Of a stretch of 64,000 nucleotides of DNA, positions 12,450 through 24,922 are shown piece by piece (the first letter of the stretch is position 1; each line of letters opens with the position of its first letter). The DNA is from Phaeosaccion multiseriatum. Taxonomy: Eukaryota > Protista > Ochrophyta, other classes. The notes below the pieces were generated by a model. The model ran no database searches. It had not been told where the DNA came from and saw nothing but the letters and a program-made list of their open reading frames with translations. Location: the NCBI GenBank assembly GCA_965112735.1, contig OZ218951.1, positions 5,518,001 through 5,582,000 on the forward strand, in the 5' to 3' direction. The position numbers and the translations under genes are program-made.

Positions 12450-13311
12450 GGGTACGGGGAGGGGGCAGGTGCGGGGGAGACATGTTAGACGCACGCACGC
12501 ACGCATGGTTGTTTACCCACTACCCCCTCTACCCCCTCTACCCCCTCTGCACACTACACTGTCCTGCGCTCGCAACACAACACAACACAACATCCTACTT
12601 GCCTGCTGACGTTGGCGGTGACGTCACTGTACCCACTACTTGCTACCCCCCACCCCCTCCCCAACGCCCTCCTTGTACTTGCCTGCTGACGTTGGCAGTG
12701 ACGTCACTGTAATTGGCTCTCACGAACTCCATCCTGCGTATCTCCCTGTCCACAACGAGCTTTAGCCCCGCACTCTGCACCCTTCCTGCGCTGAGGCCCC
12801 TCCCAATCTTCTTCCACAGCAAAGGGCTCATGGTGTAACCGGCGAGGCGGTCAAGTACACGCCGTGCTTCCTGCAGGGGGGGGAGAGGGTGGGGAGGGAC
12901 GGTGAGTAGGACATGCAAATCCACGCACACGACACGTACACACCCACTCACCCACACCCACACACACACACACCCCTACACACCCACACATACCCACACA
13001 CACCCCTACACACCCACACATACCCCACCCACATACCCACACACACCCCTACACACCCACACATACCCCTACACACCCACACATACCCCACCCACACACC
13101 AACCCACTCACCCACACGCACCACCCACCCACACACACATACACACACCCACACCCACACATACCCCACACCCACACACACACACCCGTACACACCCACA
13201 CCAACTCACCCACCCATCCACTCACCCACACCCACACACCCACACACATACCCCACACACACACACACACCCACACACCAACCCACCCACACACCAACCC
13301 ACCCACCCACT

Positions 13312-13354
<43 letters not shown>

Positions 13355-13445
13355 ATCCACTCACCCACACCCACACACACACACACATACCCCACACACA
13401 CACACACACACACACCCACACACCAACCCACCCACCCACTCACCC

Positions 13446-13485
<40 letters not shown>

Positions 13486-15392
13486 CCCCCCCCCCCCCCT
13501 ACCTGTGCCTGCACAAGATCGTGGTCGATGCCCCTCGCCTCCTGAAACGCCCGTGTGATGGCCGCCTCAGTGATCTCGTGAAACACTGCCCTCTTTACCG
13601 GCACCTGCGGTTTCAGTTTCAGTGTCTGTGTCAGTTTACTCGCCCTACCAATCAGTTAAGGTCATTGGTTAAGGTCTAATGAACAAAACAGAGCTGAACA
13701 GATCGATATCGATATCGACATCGACATCGAAAATCGATATCGAATTCTCATTCGTCTCAGTGGTGAGCCAACTCCCTCCCCTCCCTCCCCTGACCTTGGG
13801 CTGCAAGACTTCCATGAGATGCCAGCTGATGGCCTCTCCCTCCCTGTCCTCATCGGTGGCCAGCACGATGCTGTCGGCTTCCTTCACGCCCTTGCGCAGA
13901 CGGGCGATGGTCTTGCTCTTGCCAGACATCTGCCATGGGGTATTGGGCATCGGGCATCAGTTTTGGGGTATTAGGTATTGGGTATATTCGAATTCAAGAT
14001 TACGTAAACCAATGAGATAAGCAAGCGACCGGGCACAGGTATCAGGTATTGGGGTACAAGGTATTGGGTATTGGGGGTACTCCTCTCCCCTTCTTTGCTC
14101 GCTTTCTTCTGCCCTTCCCTTCTCTCCTCTGCCCTCTCCCCCCCCTCCGTTCTCCCTCCCTCTCACCGTCACATAGAGCGGTTTAAAGTCGTTCTGCACA
14201 TCGACACCCAATGAGGCCCACTTCTCCTTCTTGAGCTCCTTGGGCACCTTTGAAGCGTTGGCGGGAAGGTCTCTGATGTGGCCTTCGCAACTGTCCACCT
14301 GGGGGATGGAGGAAGAGGAGGGAGGGAGGGAGGGAAGGGAAGGGACAATGTGAGGGAGAGAAGCACGAAGCACGAGGGGGTGACGGGGAGGGAGGGAGGG
14401 ATGGGTGAGCGGGAGGGAGGGATGGAGGGGAGAGGAGGGTAGGGTTGGGAAGAGAGGGCGGACAAGGGCAGAGGAGGAGAGGGAGGGAGATTCACATTAC
14501 ACACAGATTGAGGCAGTCCTCTGACTCATTCTATCCACTCCGGCGACTCAGTCCTGGCGGCATTGAGCTGTGAGCGTGAGAGTGCTTCGGTGGCACCAAG
14601 CTGGGAGAGAGACACGCATTCGGACTCTGGTCTAGGGTATTGGTCTCTCTCTCCCTCGTCGCTCCCTCACTACCTCTCTCTCTCTCTTGCCTCTCTCTCT
14701 CCACCTCTCTCTCTCCTTCTCTCTCTGTCTCCTTTTCGCCTAACATTCCTCTCTTACGCCGTACTTCCGTATTGACAATACAGTGGTCCTCCCTATACTG
14801 ACTCACTCACTCACTCACTCACTCACTCACTGGCTGACTGAATCACTGTCTCACTGACTGACTGAGTGACTGAGTGTGACTGATTGAGTGACTCACTCAC
14901 TCACACTCCCCCTCTTACCTTGTAAATCAGGCCCTTCGGGGCGGTCCTTGCGAGGAACTTGCTGATAGTCCTCGCCTTTGCAGGGCTCTCCACAATCACC
15001 AGGCTGACGAGAGGGCCGGCCTTGGCCTTGGCCTTTGCCTTTGCCTTGGACTTTGCCTTCTTCGCGGTGACCCCTCCTGCTTCTCCTCCTCCTGCCGCAT
15101 CACTTTGCGCCTGCCGCCCCAGAGTGGTGAAGCACGAGGAGCAAGCCCCGGAAGAAGGCAACGTCCTCCTCAGGCTCAGCGCTCGATAGGTGGTCTGCCT
15201 CCTCCCTGCATTGAGGAGAAGAGACGTGCGCAGGGCCATGCCTGGGTCTGCCCAGGCGAGGAGCAGCAGCGGCACGAGTGTCACCTCCAGCAACGGCCGC
15301 CACCGCCGCCGCCACCGCCTCCCCGACGAGACCCGAGCACCCTGCTGCTGCTGATGCTGCTGTTGCTGCTCCTGCTGAGGACTGCCAGCCAT
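3268..15392 (-). CDS. topA: Bacterial-type DNA topoisomerase IA (probably organellar) with topoisomerase C-terminal repeats and two C-terminal HMG boxes; 18 exons
   Basis: Exons: 15392-14919, 14298-14167, 13929-13795, 13604-13503, 12870-12683, 12373-12268, 12011-11797, 10863-10725, 10414-10216, 9929-9829, 9563-9357, 8773-8630, 8264-8112, 7694-7161, 6027-5958, 5724-5449, 5227-4615, 3385-3268. Motifs: [45 protein letters not shown], catalytic [35 protein letters not shown] repeats. HMG boxes: [12 protein letters not shown]...[12 protein letters not shown] and [11 protein letters not shown]...[21 protein letters not shown]. Splice phases are compatible throughout. Confidence 0.9.
3990..4614. repeat. 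(TCAC)n microsatellite in the last topA intron
   Basis: About 620 bp of tcac/tccc units. Confidence 0.95.
6029..7040. repeat. Compound (GA)n/(GACA)n microsatellite with recurring GCGTTAAGACAGAC and GCAAGTGGGA interruptions (topA intron)
   Basis: Seen directly in the sequence. Confidence 0.9.
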
Positions 15393-15733
15393 GGACTCAT
15401 TCAATGGAATCTCTCCCGCCTTTTGGAAAGAAGAATGGAAGGAGGAGTGGCAGAGCCCCACTGCCTCTCGCTTTTTGTTGGCGAGGTTGAACTATTCTCT
15501 CCTCAGCTGCGGCTTCCTTCCACAGCAGCGGTAGTCAGAGTCACCACGGTCCACACTCGGAAGTTCTTCAGAAGACCTTTCACCCTCTGAGCTTTTATAT
15601 TAAGCGTTGCCCTTGCGTGTGGAAGCAAGGACGACAAATTATGTCAATGAAAGCCGTGGACGACCATCTTTCTTTGGCGGCTGAACGGTGAGCCGCTCCA
15701 CACTCTCTCTGCAGCAGAACTGGTAGGGTGACC
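15393..15733. promoter_or_regulatory. Probable bidirectional promoter, topA / CCT2
   Basis: 341 bp between divergent ATGs, with an AT-rich TTTTATATTAAG near 15593-15604. Confidence 0.55.
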
Positions 15734-18700
15734 ATGGCGACAGAGGCAGTACTGAACGCTCAAGCACAGGTAGACAAGGGAGCCAATGCTCGCCTTAGCT
15801 CCTTCGTCGGCGCCATAGCCATTGCCGACTTAGTCAAGACAACGCTCGGACCCAAAGGTACAGCGAACATGGCGGGGGAGGGAGCGAGGGACGGAGGCAT
15901 GGTACTGCAAGGTGTTTGTGGGGTAGTGAGGCTGGGGCGGAGGAAGTGGCAGCAGCAGGAGGAGCAGGATCCGCAACGGCAAACGCTGTCGCCTCCGACT
16001 TGCGCTGCAAATCTTGCGGCGCAGTCACTAAGCGGCATAGAGAGAGGGGGGGGAGCAGGGGTCCCAGGGATGTTCGGTGCTGCGATATTGTGATGGTTAG
16101 AGAGCCTAAGGAGGCGAGGGAAGGGGGGGGGTACAAGTCTTTGGCCTCTCAGTCCGTTTTACGGGGGTGTCCTTGAGGGCACGGGAGCTTCGGAAGGGAT
16201 GATTGGAGTCCTCCCACACAAATGCGCGGAAGGGCGGGAGCGAGCGAACGAGGGAGGGAGGAGAAGGGAGGCAAAGCTCTAGTCGGAGGTCTGGAGGGGA
16301 GGGCCTTCGATCTCGAGAGAGAGATAGCAACGCCATGGCACAGGCGACACACATGGTGCCGTGTCCTCCGCGACACCCTACCCCCTCCCTCCTTCCCATA
16401 CCCCACTCATCGCCCCCCCCCCCTGCCCTTCCCCCTCCTGTCCAACGCCCCAATATGGCCCGTCTTCCCTTCCTTCGTCCCTCCCTCCCACACCTTGACG
16501 CCTCAGGCATGGACAAGATCTTGCAGTCGATGGGAGGCAAGGGCAATAACATCCAGGTCACCAACGACGGGGCCACGATCCTCAAGTCCATCCACGTAGA
16601 CAACGCCGCCGCAAAGGTATGTGTGCGTGTGTGCGTGTGTGCGTGTGTGTGTGTGTGCGTGTGTGTGTATGCGTGCGCGTGTGCACCTACGCGGAAAGCC
16701 GCACGCCCTCTCCCATGGCCCCTCACCTTGCCCCTGCCCCTGCCCCTGCCCATATGACTGCTGCATGGTCCTGACACCAGGTGCTGGTGGACATCGCAAA
16801 GACGCAGGACGAGGAGGTGGGGGACGGCACCACGAGCGTTACAGTGCTGTGCGGAGAGCTTCTCAGAGAAGCTGAGGTCATGGGTGAGTAGGGAGGGAGC
16901 GAGGGGAGGGGAGGGAGGGGGGAAGGAGGAAGGAAGGACGGAAGGGAGGGAGGGAGGGAGGAAGGGAGGGGGGGGGGCAGGGAGGGTTCTGAAGGAGGGA
17001 CGGAAGGAGGGGCGGATGGACGAAACCCACCACCCACTAATTCAATCACCCACCCACCCACCCATCTGTGAACCCAGTGAACCAACGTGTGCACCCGCAG
17101 ACCATCATCGAGGGCTGGCGTATGGCCACAAAGATCTCCCGTGCAGTGCTGACGGAGGCCGCGCAGGACAACGCCAACGACGAGGCCCTCTTCAGGGAGG
17201 ACCTAATGAACATTGCCCGCACGACCCTCAGCTCCAAGCTGCTCACGCATGAGAAGGACCACTTCGCAGAGCTGGTAAGTCATCGAAACAACAGGGCTCC
17301 TCCTTCTTCCTCCTTTTCCTCCTTCTCCTCCTCCTCCTCCTCCTCCTCCTCCTCCTCCTCCTCCTTCCTCCTTCCCCTCCTCCTCCTTCTCCTCCTCCTC
17401 CTCCTCCTCCTCCTTGTCCGCCTCCTCCTTGCCCGCCTCCTCCGCCTCTTCCTTGCCCTTGACCTGTGCAATAACTCCCTTCCTCCTCTTCCCTCTACCC
17501 CACAGGCCGTGAATGCGGTGCTTCGGCTCAAGGGCTCCGGTAACCTCGACTACATCCAGGTACGCGTGGTGGTGGTATGGGTATGGGGCTCACAGATGGT
17601 GGGGCTCGAGAGAGCGAGTGAGGGAGAGAGAGCTTCACCCGTCATGTCATTCGCCTCCCTCCTTCCTCCTCCCCTCCCTCACCCCCCTCCCTTCCCTCCC
17701 TTCCTCCCTCTCTCCCCGCTCCCTCCCTCCCTCCCTCCCTCCCTCCCTCCCTCCCTCCCTCCCTCCCTCCCTCCCTCACCCCTCTCTCCCCCTGCCTCCC
17801 CCGCCCCACCCCTCCCCCTCACCCCCTTCCCCCCTCTCTAACAGCTGATCAAGAAGTCCGGCGGCACTCTGAAAGACTCCTACCTAGACTCAGGCTTCAT
17901 CCTGGACAAGAAGATTGGGGTCGGGCAGCCCAAGCGCATGGAGAGCGCGAAGATCCTCGTAGCCAACACCGCCATGGACACCGACAAGGTCAGTAGTACA
18001 GGAGGTGGTGATCCAGCAGCAGGAGTCAGTGGTACATGTACAGGTGTTGGTGGTACAGTAGTCGGTGGTACACAAGTTGGTGATACAGCAGCATAGCGAG
18101 CTCAGGTCAGATTCTGGCCTATTTTTTGCCTTACCAGTTACCACGGACTCTCTCCCTCCCATCCACTGCCATCCCATCCCTCTCCTCCCATCCACTACCA
18201 TCCCACCCCATCCACTGCCATCCCCCCCCCTTAGGTGAAGATCTACGGGTCCAGGGTGCGGGTGGACAGCATGCAGAAGGTGGCGGAGATTGAGGAGGCA
18301 GAGAAGGACAAGATGCGCAGCAAGTGCAACAAGATCATTGAACACGGCATCAACGTATTCATCAATAGGTATGTATGTATCAAAGAGGGCATACGGGTAT
18401 ATGAGGGCATACGGGTATATGAGGGCATACGGGTATATGAGGGCATACGGGTATATGAGGGCATACGGGTATATGAGGGCATACGGGTATATGAGGGCAT
18501 ACGGGTATATGAGGGCATACGGGTATATGAGGGCATATGGGTATAAGGGGGGAAGAGGTTAGGAGGCATCGAGGGGCAGGTGTGTCTGTCTCGGTATGTA
18601 CGCAGCGCCCGTATGTGTGTAAGAATATACACGCCTTACTTTTTTGCATCCATCCCCCCACTCCCCCCTCCCTTTCTTCCTCCCTCCCTCCCTCCCTCCC

Positions 18701-19543
18701 TCCCTCCCTCCCTCCCTCCCTCCCTCCCTCCCTCCCTCCCCAAAGGCAACTCATCTACAACTTCCCCGAGCAGATCTTCGCGGACGCCGGAGTGATGGCC
18801 ATCGAACACGCAGACTTTGAGGGTGTGGAGCGCCTTGCGGCGGTTACAGGTGGATCCATCTCCTCCACTTTCGAGCACCCTGAGCTCGCCAAGCTGGGAG
18901 AGTGTGACCTTATCGAGGAGGTAAGCAGAGTGTGGGGGAAGGGAGGGAGGGAGAGGAGGAGGTGATAGGTTCCGTCAACCCCACCCTCGGTCTCCACTCA
19001 CCACCCTCTCTCCCCTCTCCCCTCTCCCCTCTCCCTCCCTCCCTTCCTCCCTCTCTCCCCCTTCGTCCTTCTCTCCCCTCCCTCCCCTCCCTCCTGTCCC
19101 TCTCTCCCTCCTTAGGTGATAATCGGAGAAGACTGTTTGATCCGTTTCTCTGGCTGCAAGTCTGGCGAGGCTTGCACGATTGTGCTGAGGGGTGCATCAG
19201 AGCATGTGCTTGATGAGGCGGAGAGGTCGCTACACGACGTGTTGTGCGTGCTTACTCAGACCATTAAGGAGACCAGGACGGTGAGTAGCGGGGAGGGGAG
19301 GGGAGGGAAGGGAAGGGGGAGGGGGGGAGGGGAGTGGGGAGGGAGCGAGGGGAGGGGAGTGAGAGTGAGGGAGGGAGGGAGGGAGGGAGGGGTTGAAGGG
19401 GCGGAGGTGGGTGGGTAGTGAGGGGAGTGGGGAGTGGGGAGTGCATAGTGTATGGGCGACGTTACCTTTCTCTTCCTTCCTCTCCCTCTCTCTCCATGTT
19501 AGTCTAATCCCTTCCCTCCCTCCTTCCCTCCTTCCTCCTTCCT

Positions 19544-19574
<31 letters not shown>

Positions 19575-20218
19575 GTGTGTGTGTGTCAGGTGTGCGGGGG
19601 CGGCTGCATGGAGGTGGAGATGGCGGCGGCCGTCGATGCAGAGGTGCGTGTGTTTGGTGCGTGTGTTTGGTGCGTTGTGACAGCAAATGCCGATAGCCAA
19701 TAGCCAAGTGAGCCAAGCTGAGCTGAGCTGTGGCCCTGCCCCAGTCATGTCCACACCACTCTTTTAAGCACTTACTTAAAAGTACCATTACTGAGAATAG
19801 TACACGTATTAGAAGTGCACTTGAAGTTCTATTACTGAGAAGTATAGAGTAGAATTACTTGACCTCGTATATGCCTTACTGACTCACGTCACCATGACTC
19901 GCTGTGACTCACTGACTTACTAAATAGGTGGCCGCCACCCCTGGCAAGAAGGCTATGGCCATGGAGGGCTTCGCGAGGGCTTTGAGACAGATCCCCACCA
20001 TCATCGCCGACAACGGAGGGTACGACAGCTCGGAGCTCATCTCACAGCTTAGAGCGGCACACGCCCAGGGGGACAAGGTGAGGGGAGGGAGGGAGGGAGG
20101 GAGGGAGGGAGGGAGGGGGGGAGGGAGGGTGAAAGCCAAGGGTGCGCTATTTTGATTGGTGATGGCTTTTATTTGAAGCGGGTGGCTGGCACACACACAC
20201 ACACACACACACGCATCC

Positions 20219-20264
<46 letters not shown>

Positions 20265-20266
20265 CC

Positions 20267-20301
<35 letters not shown>

Positions 20302-20604
20302 TCAAACAAGGGAGCAGCGCCCCCCCTCAAATGCTTCCAATCCCTTACGTAAGCCCTCTGGCCCGATGTATATGCCTGCCATCCATTGCCATCCTCCTCC
20401 CTCCGTCCCTGCCTGCCATCCATTGCCATCCCCCAGACGGCCGGGCTCGACATGTACAACGGCTGTGTGGGGGACATGGTGGCCCTCGGTGTTCGAGAGG
20501 CCTACACCTCCAAGCTGCACGTGCTGGTGTCGGCAGCAGAGGCGGCAGAGATGCTCATGCGTGTTGACGACATCATCAAGCAGGCTCCCAGGCAACGGCA
20601 GTAG
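15734..20604 (+). CDS. CCT2: T-complex protein 1 subunit beta (CCT-beta); 12 exons
   Basis: Exons: 15734-15857, 16507-16616, 16781-16883, 17078-17274, 17506-17559, 17845-17988, 18235-18368, 18746-18920, 19116-19280, 19590-19643, 19928-20077, 20437-20604. Motifs: [107 protein letters not shown]. Confidence 0.96.
18385..18545. repeat. 18-bp minisatellite (GAGGGCATACGGGTATAT) x~9 in a CCT2 intron
   Basis: Near-perfect tandem units. Confidence 0.95.
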
Positions 20605-21748
20605 GCAGGCAGGAGGAGGAGGAGGAGTATGGGCAGGGCAGAGAGGAAGGCATATGGGCAGGCGCAGGACAGGGACGTGGCTAATAAAGGTTCCTTCCTG
20701 CTCTGGGCTTTTTTGTGCTGCCCGCCCCGTCCGGGGTGATGGTGTGTGCTGTGCACGATTTTTTCAGGCTTGCAAGTCTGTGTGATGGTCATGCCATCCA
20801 CTGCCATCCATCCCTGAGGGCAGTGCAGTGTAGTGTGGTTGTAGGCAGGAGAGAGAGAGAGAGAGAGAGACAGAGAACCCCGTGCACAAGTTTGGAGCAG
20901 CGAACAAAACAAACAAGCATTGTTTGTATCTATCCTGTCTATTACTCCTTCTGCAGAGTGAAGCTCCACACACTTCGCTCCTAGCACGCACCCACATGTA
21001 GCCTGTGCAATCGTTACTGGTAGGCAGACCCCATCCTCCTATCCCCCTCGGGTGAGAGTGTGGAGAGTGTGGAGAGTTCTATCCACCTTAGTCTCCAGAC
21101 CGGCCGCTTCAGTTCTATCCACCTTAGTCTCCAGACCGGCGCCGCTTCCGTGCGCTGGCACTGCGGCGAGCTCATTGGAGCGACGATCCCTCCAGGGGGG
21201 GCGGCAAGGGCCAAAAGGCCTCACCCACCCCTCACCCACCCTCACCCACCCTTGTGTGGGGGTCCAGTCTCACGCCCTCCCTCCCATGCTGAGGCGAGCG
21301 GGTGCGGGGTAGTTGTCGTCTGACTCATTCATTCCTAGTAGTCATTCATTCAAATCTGGGTGCAACAATACATGTAAGTCATCAAAAGACAAGCGTGGCT
21401 TGGAGTCATCAAGATTTTATTTGTTTTGGGGGGGGGGGTCCTTTGATGTTGAGGCCTTCCTTTGATCTTGAGGCCTTCCAAGGGTACTTGGGCCTTCCAA
21501 GGGTACTTGGGGCCTTCTCGGCATTTTCACACGGGGTTGGGGGGGGCGCTCCACAGAGGTGTACAGCCCTCCTCCTCCTCCTCCTCCTCCTCCTCCTCCT
21601 CCTCCTTCTCCTCCTCCTCCTCCTCCTCCTCCTCCTCCTCCTCCTCCTCCTCCTGCCTTCTCCCGGTCCGTGAAGCGAGGCAGTGTGTATCAAGCCATCG
21701 CCATTGTATAAATCAACGCCGTATTGCCTCATTATGTCAATGGATGCC

Positions 21749-24700
21749 TCAGAAGCCATCGTCCTCCTCCCCGTCGTCCTCCTCGTCGTCGCTCTCCTCA
21801 AGCTCTGCCTTGGTGCACACCTTGAGGGAGCGAAGAGAGAGAGGGAGGGGAGGAGAGGGATAGAGAGTTGAGAGGGAGGGAGGGGAGGGAGGGAGGGTTG
21901 TGGTTGATAGGCAGAGGGATAGAGGCAGAGGAGGGAAGGCAGGGAGAGAGGGAGGGAGGGACCCTCCCTTCAGTCTTTTCGTACACACCTTGAGGGAGGT
22001 CTCCGCAGCGGCATCTACACCCACGAACACAGGGGACCGCACCTCCACCTCCACCTGAGCATAGGGACAAGGGGAGGAGGAGGCGGAGGAGGAGGAGGAG
22101 GAGGAGGAGGCGGAGGAGGAGGAGGAGGAGGAGGAGGAGGAGGAGGAGGAGGAGGAGGCGAGAATAAGGGAAGTCGTGTGAGAGTGACGTACGTAAGGAG
22201 TTGAACACAGACCGTAAGGAGCACGTAAGGAGTACGTTGTGTCTCGAGGCTTGTCTTACGTCACAAGAGGAAAGGGATACACCCGCCAAACATGCACACA
22301 GACGCACACACGAACACACAGAGAGAGGCACACACGCGAGCGTGGCGCGCGCACACATGGACACACGCACATACAAATAGTGGGGAAAGGGGAAGAGGCG
22401 TGGAAGCCAGAGCGAGCAACTATAGAGAGAGAAGGAAAGGAAGAGAGAGAGAGAAAACTTGTTGCCTTACCAAGCCATGGACGACACGTGTAGTGACTAA
22501 TCAGATACACGCACGCACGCAAGTACGAATGGCTTTCTCTCCAAGTCAACAAGTACCCAATACCTGATACCCAATACCCGATACCCAAAAGGCCCACCAC
22601 CGAACTCCCAATACCCAACACCCAAAACATACCTCACACACGCCCGCCGACCTCGGTGCCCTGAGCTTGACGACGACCTCGCTCTCTCGCTGTCCAAGCC
22701 TGCTGACCATGAAGGGCTGGACTGCGAGAAGCTTGCCCGTGGCCTTCTCACTCACGAGCACCCACCAAGGCTCGCCCTTTGCGCCCACCGGGGAGTCCTC
22801 GGAGGGTGTCAAGGCACCTGTAGTTACAGAAAAGTCAGAGATGGTGGCACGTTACGGAATGATGTAAGACAGCGTTGCATGGGCAGGTGACCCCTCCCTC
22901 GCTCCCTCCCTCCCTCCCTGGGTGAGGCTCCGAAGGCGGGTCGCACGACTTGATAAGGCAAAGGTGGAATAAGAGACAGAGACAGACAGACAGACAGAGA
23001 CAGAGACAGAGACAGAGACAGAGACAGAGACAGACAGACAGACAGACAGACAGAGACAGACAGAGGGTACGTAGCAATGACGTACCGCAGATACCGAACC
23101 CCCTATAACTCTTGGCGTGTGCCCGGTGAAGTTTGACGGTACACTGCACAAGGTCAGCGGGGGCGATCTTGGACTCGCCCCAGGTCTCGAAGGGGGAGCA
23201 GGATAACTGGGGGGGGGAGGGGGATAGCAGTGGATGGATGGCAGCGGATGGCAGCGGATGGCAGCGGATGGGAGGAGATGGCAGTCCAAGTCAGTGCCTT
23301 GAGACACAACTTTCCTCCCCATCCTCCCTTCCTCCTCCCTCCCCTCCCATCCCCTCCCATCCCCTCCCCCCTCCTCCTCCCCCCTCCTCTTCCTTCTCAC
23401 CGTAACCTCCGGAACTGCGACACTCATGCTCTCCATCTCCTCCTGCTGCACCGCAAGGGCTTGAGCGTCGCCCTCCCCGCCCCACAACCTCCGCCTCAGC
23501 ATGGCCTTACACGCCACGACGGTGCGCATCAGGCCTCTGTCCTGAATCTCAAGCGCGAGCTGCACGCAGATGTCAAGCAGCTCCTGAGTGGTGTCACGCA
23601 AATGATATCAAGCGGGTATCAAGTGTCCGGGGAGTGCGTGAGTGCGTGCGTGCGTGCGTGCGTGTGTGTGAGTGGAGACGTGTGTGGGTGGAGACGTGTG
23701 TGGGTGGGGAGAGGATGAGGGAGACGACACAACAAAAAGAAGTGGGGCGGGGGGGGCGGGGTGGGAGGAGGGGAGGAGGGGGAGAGGGGGAGAGGAGGGG
23801 CAGAGCCTGTCCGAGGCAAGCCGCAGGGAGCAAAACGGAGGGAGCTTCAAGGAACGGAGGGAGACGCGGAGCACAGAAACCACAGCTCTGTCGCACTGGG
23901 TGGGTGCGTGCGTGGGTGTGTGCGTGTGTGCGTGGGTGTCTCGTGGCACCTCGTTGATGTATGGTATGACCTTCCTAGCTCCCCTACCTTCCCCTCCCCC
24001 CACTCCCCTTCCCTCCCCTCCCCTCCCCTACCTTCCCCTCCCCCCACTCCTCCTCTACGCACCTCCATCAAAGCCAAGCAGAAGGCCTGCTCCTCTGCCA
24101 ACTTCGCCGCCCCCTCCCCCTCCCCCCCCCCCCCCCCCTCCTCCTCAGCAGCGAGCTTATCAGCATATAGTGCACTCAGCAGCACGAGTAGCGAGTGCTT
24201 GGCAATTGCCGACCGTTCCGCGCCCGTTCCGTTGCTGCCCTTTGCTGCCTTACTAGCACCCCCTTTACCATTGTGTCTGGCGACTGCTGTACTCACGAGA
24301 GGGGCGACGCACATCTCTGTGAGCTTTGCCTCGAGAGGCCCCATCACGCCCACCTGGGAAGAAGCAGCAGGACCAGTTGGAGATACAGACAGCAACTGTG
24401 AGAAAGGCATGAGTGCTGGACAACGACGGGTGAAATGACGAACGAGAGAAGGATTTGAGGCTTCCAACCCCTCCCTCCCCCTTCCATCCATTCCCATTCC
24501 TCTCCCCTGCCATCCCCTGCCATCCCCTGCCATCCCCTGCCATCCCCTGCCATCCCCTGCCATCCTCCTCCCTCCTGCCTCACCATGTCTGCAGCTCGCT
24601 TCTTCCTCCCCTCGTCCTGTGTGAGCTGAGGCACGGAGGAGAGCATCTCCCACAGGGCCTCCGCGGGCACCCCCCTCTCGCGACGGAGCTGTGGGTTGGC

Positions 24701-24884
24701 GGGGAGCAGCTTCACCAATTCTGTAACGCCAATTGGATTGGATTGGGCGGGGGAGGAGGGGGAGGAAGGGGGGAGGAGGAGGAGGAGGAGCAGGAGCAGG
24801 AGAAGGGGGCGAGGAGGAGGAGGAAGAGGAGGAGGAGGAGGAGAGCAGCGGCAGCAGCAGCAGCAGCAGGAGGAGGAGAGCAGT

Positions 24885-24922
<38 letters not shown>

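Noticed and set aside
18370-18546. (GIRVYE)n peptide extension of CCT2
   Set aside because: It is an intronic 18-bp minisatellite. The conserved FINRQLIY motif is restored by splicing 18368->18746.
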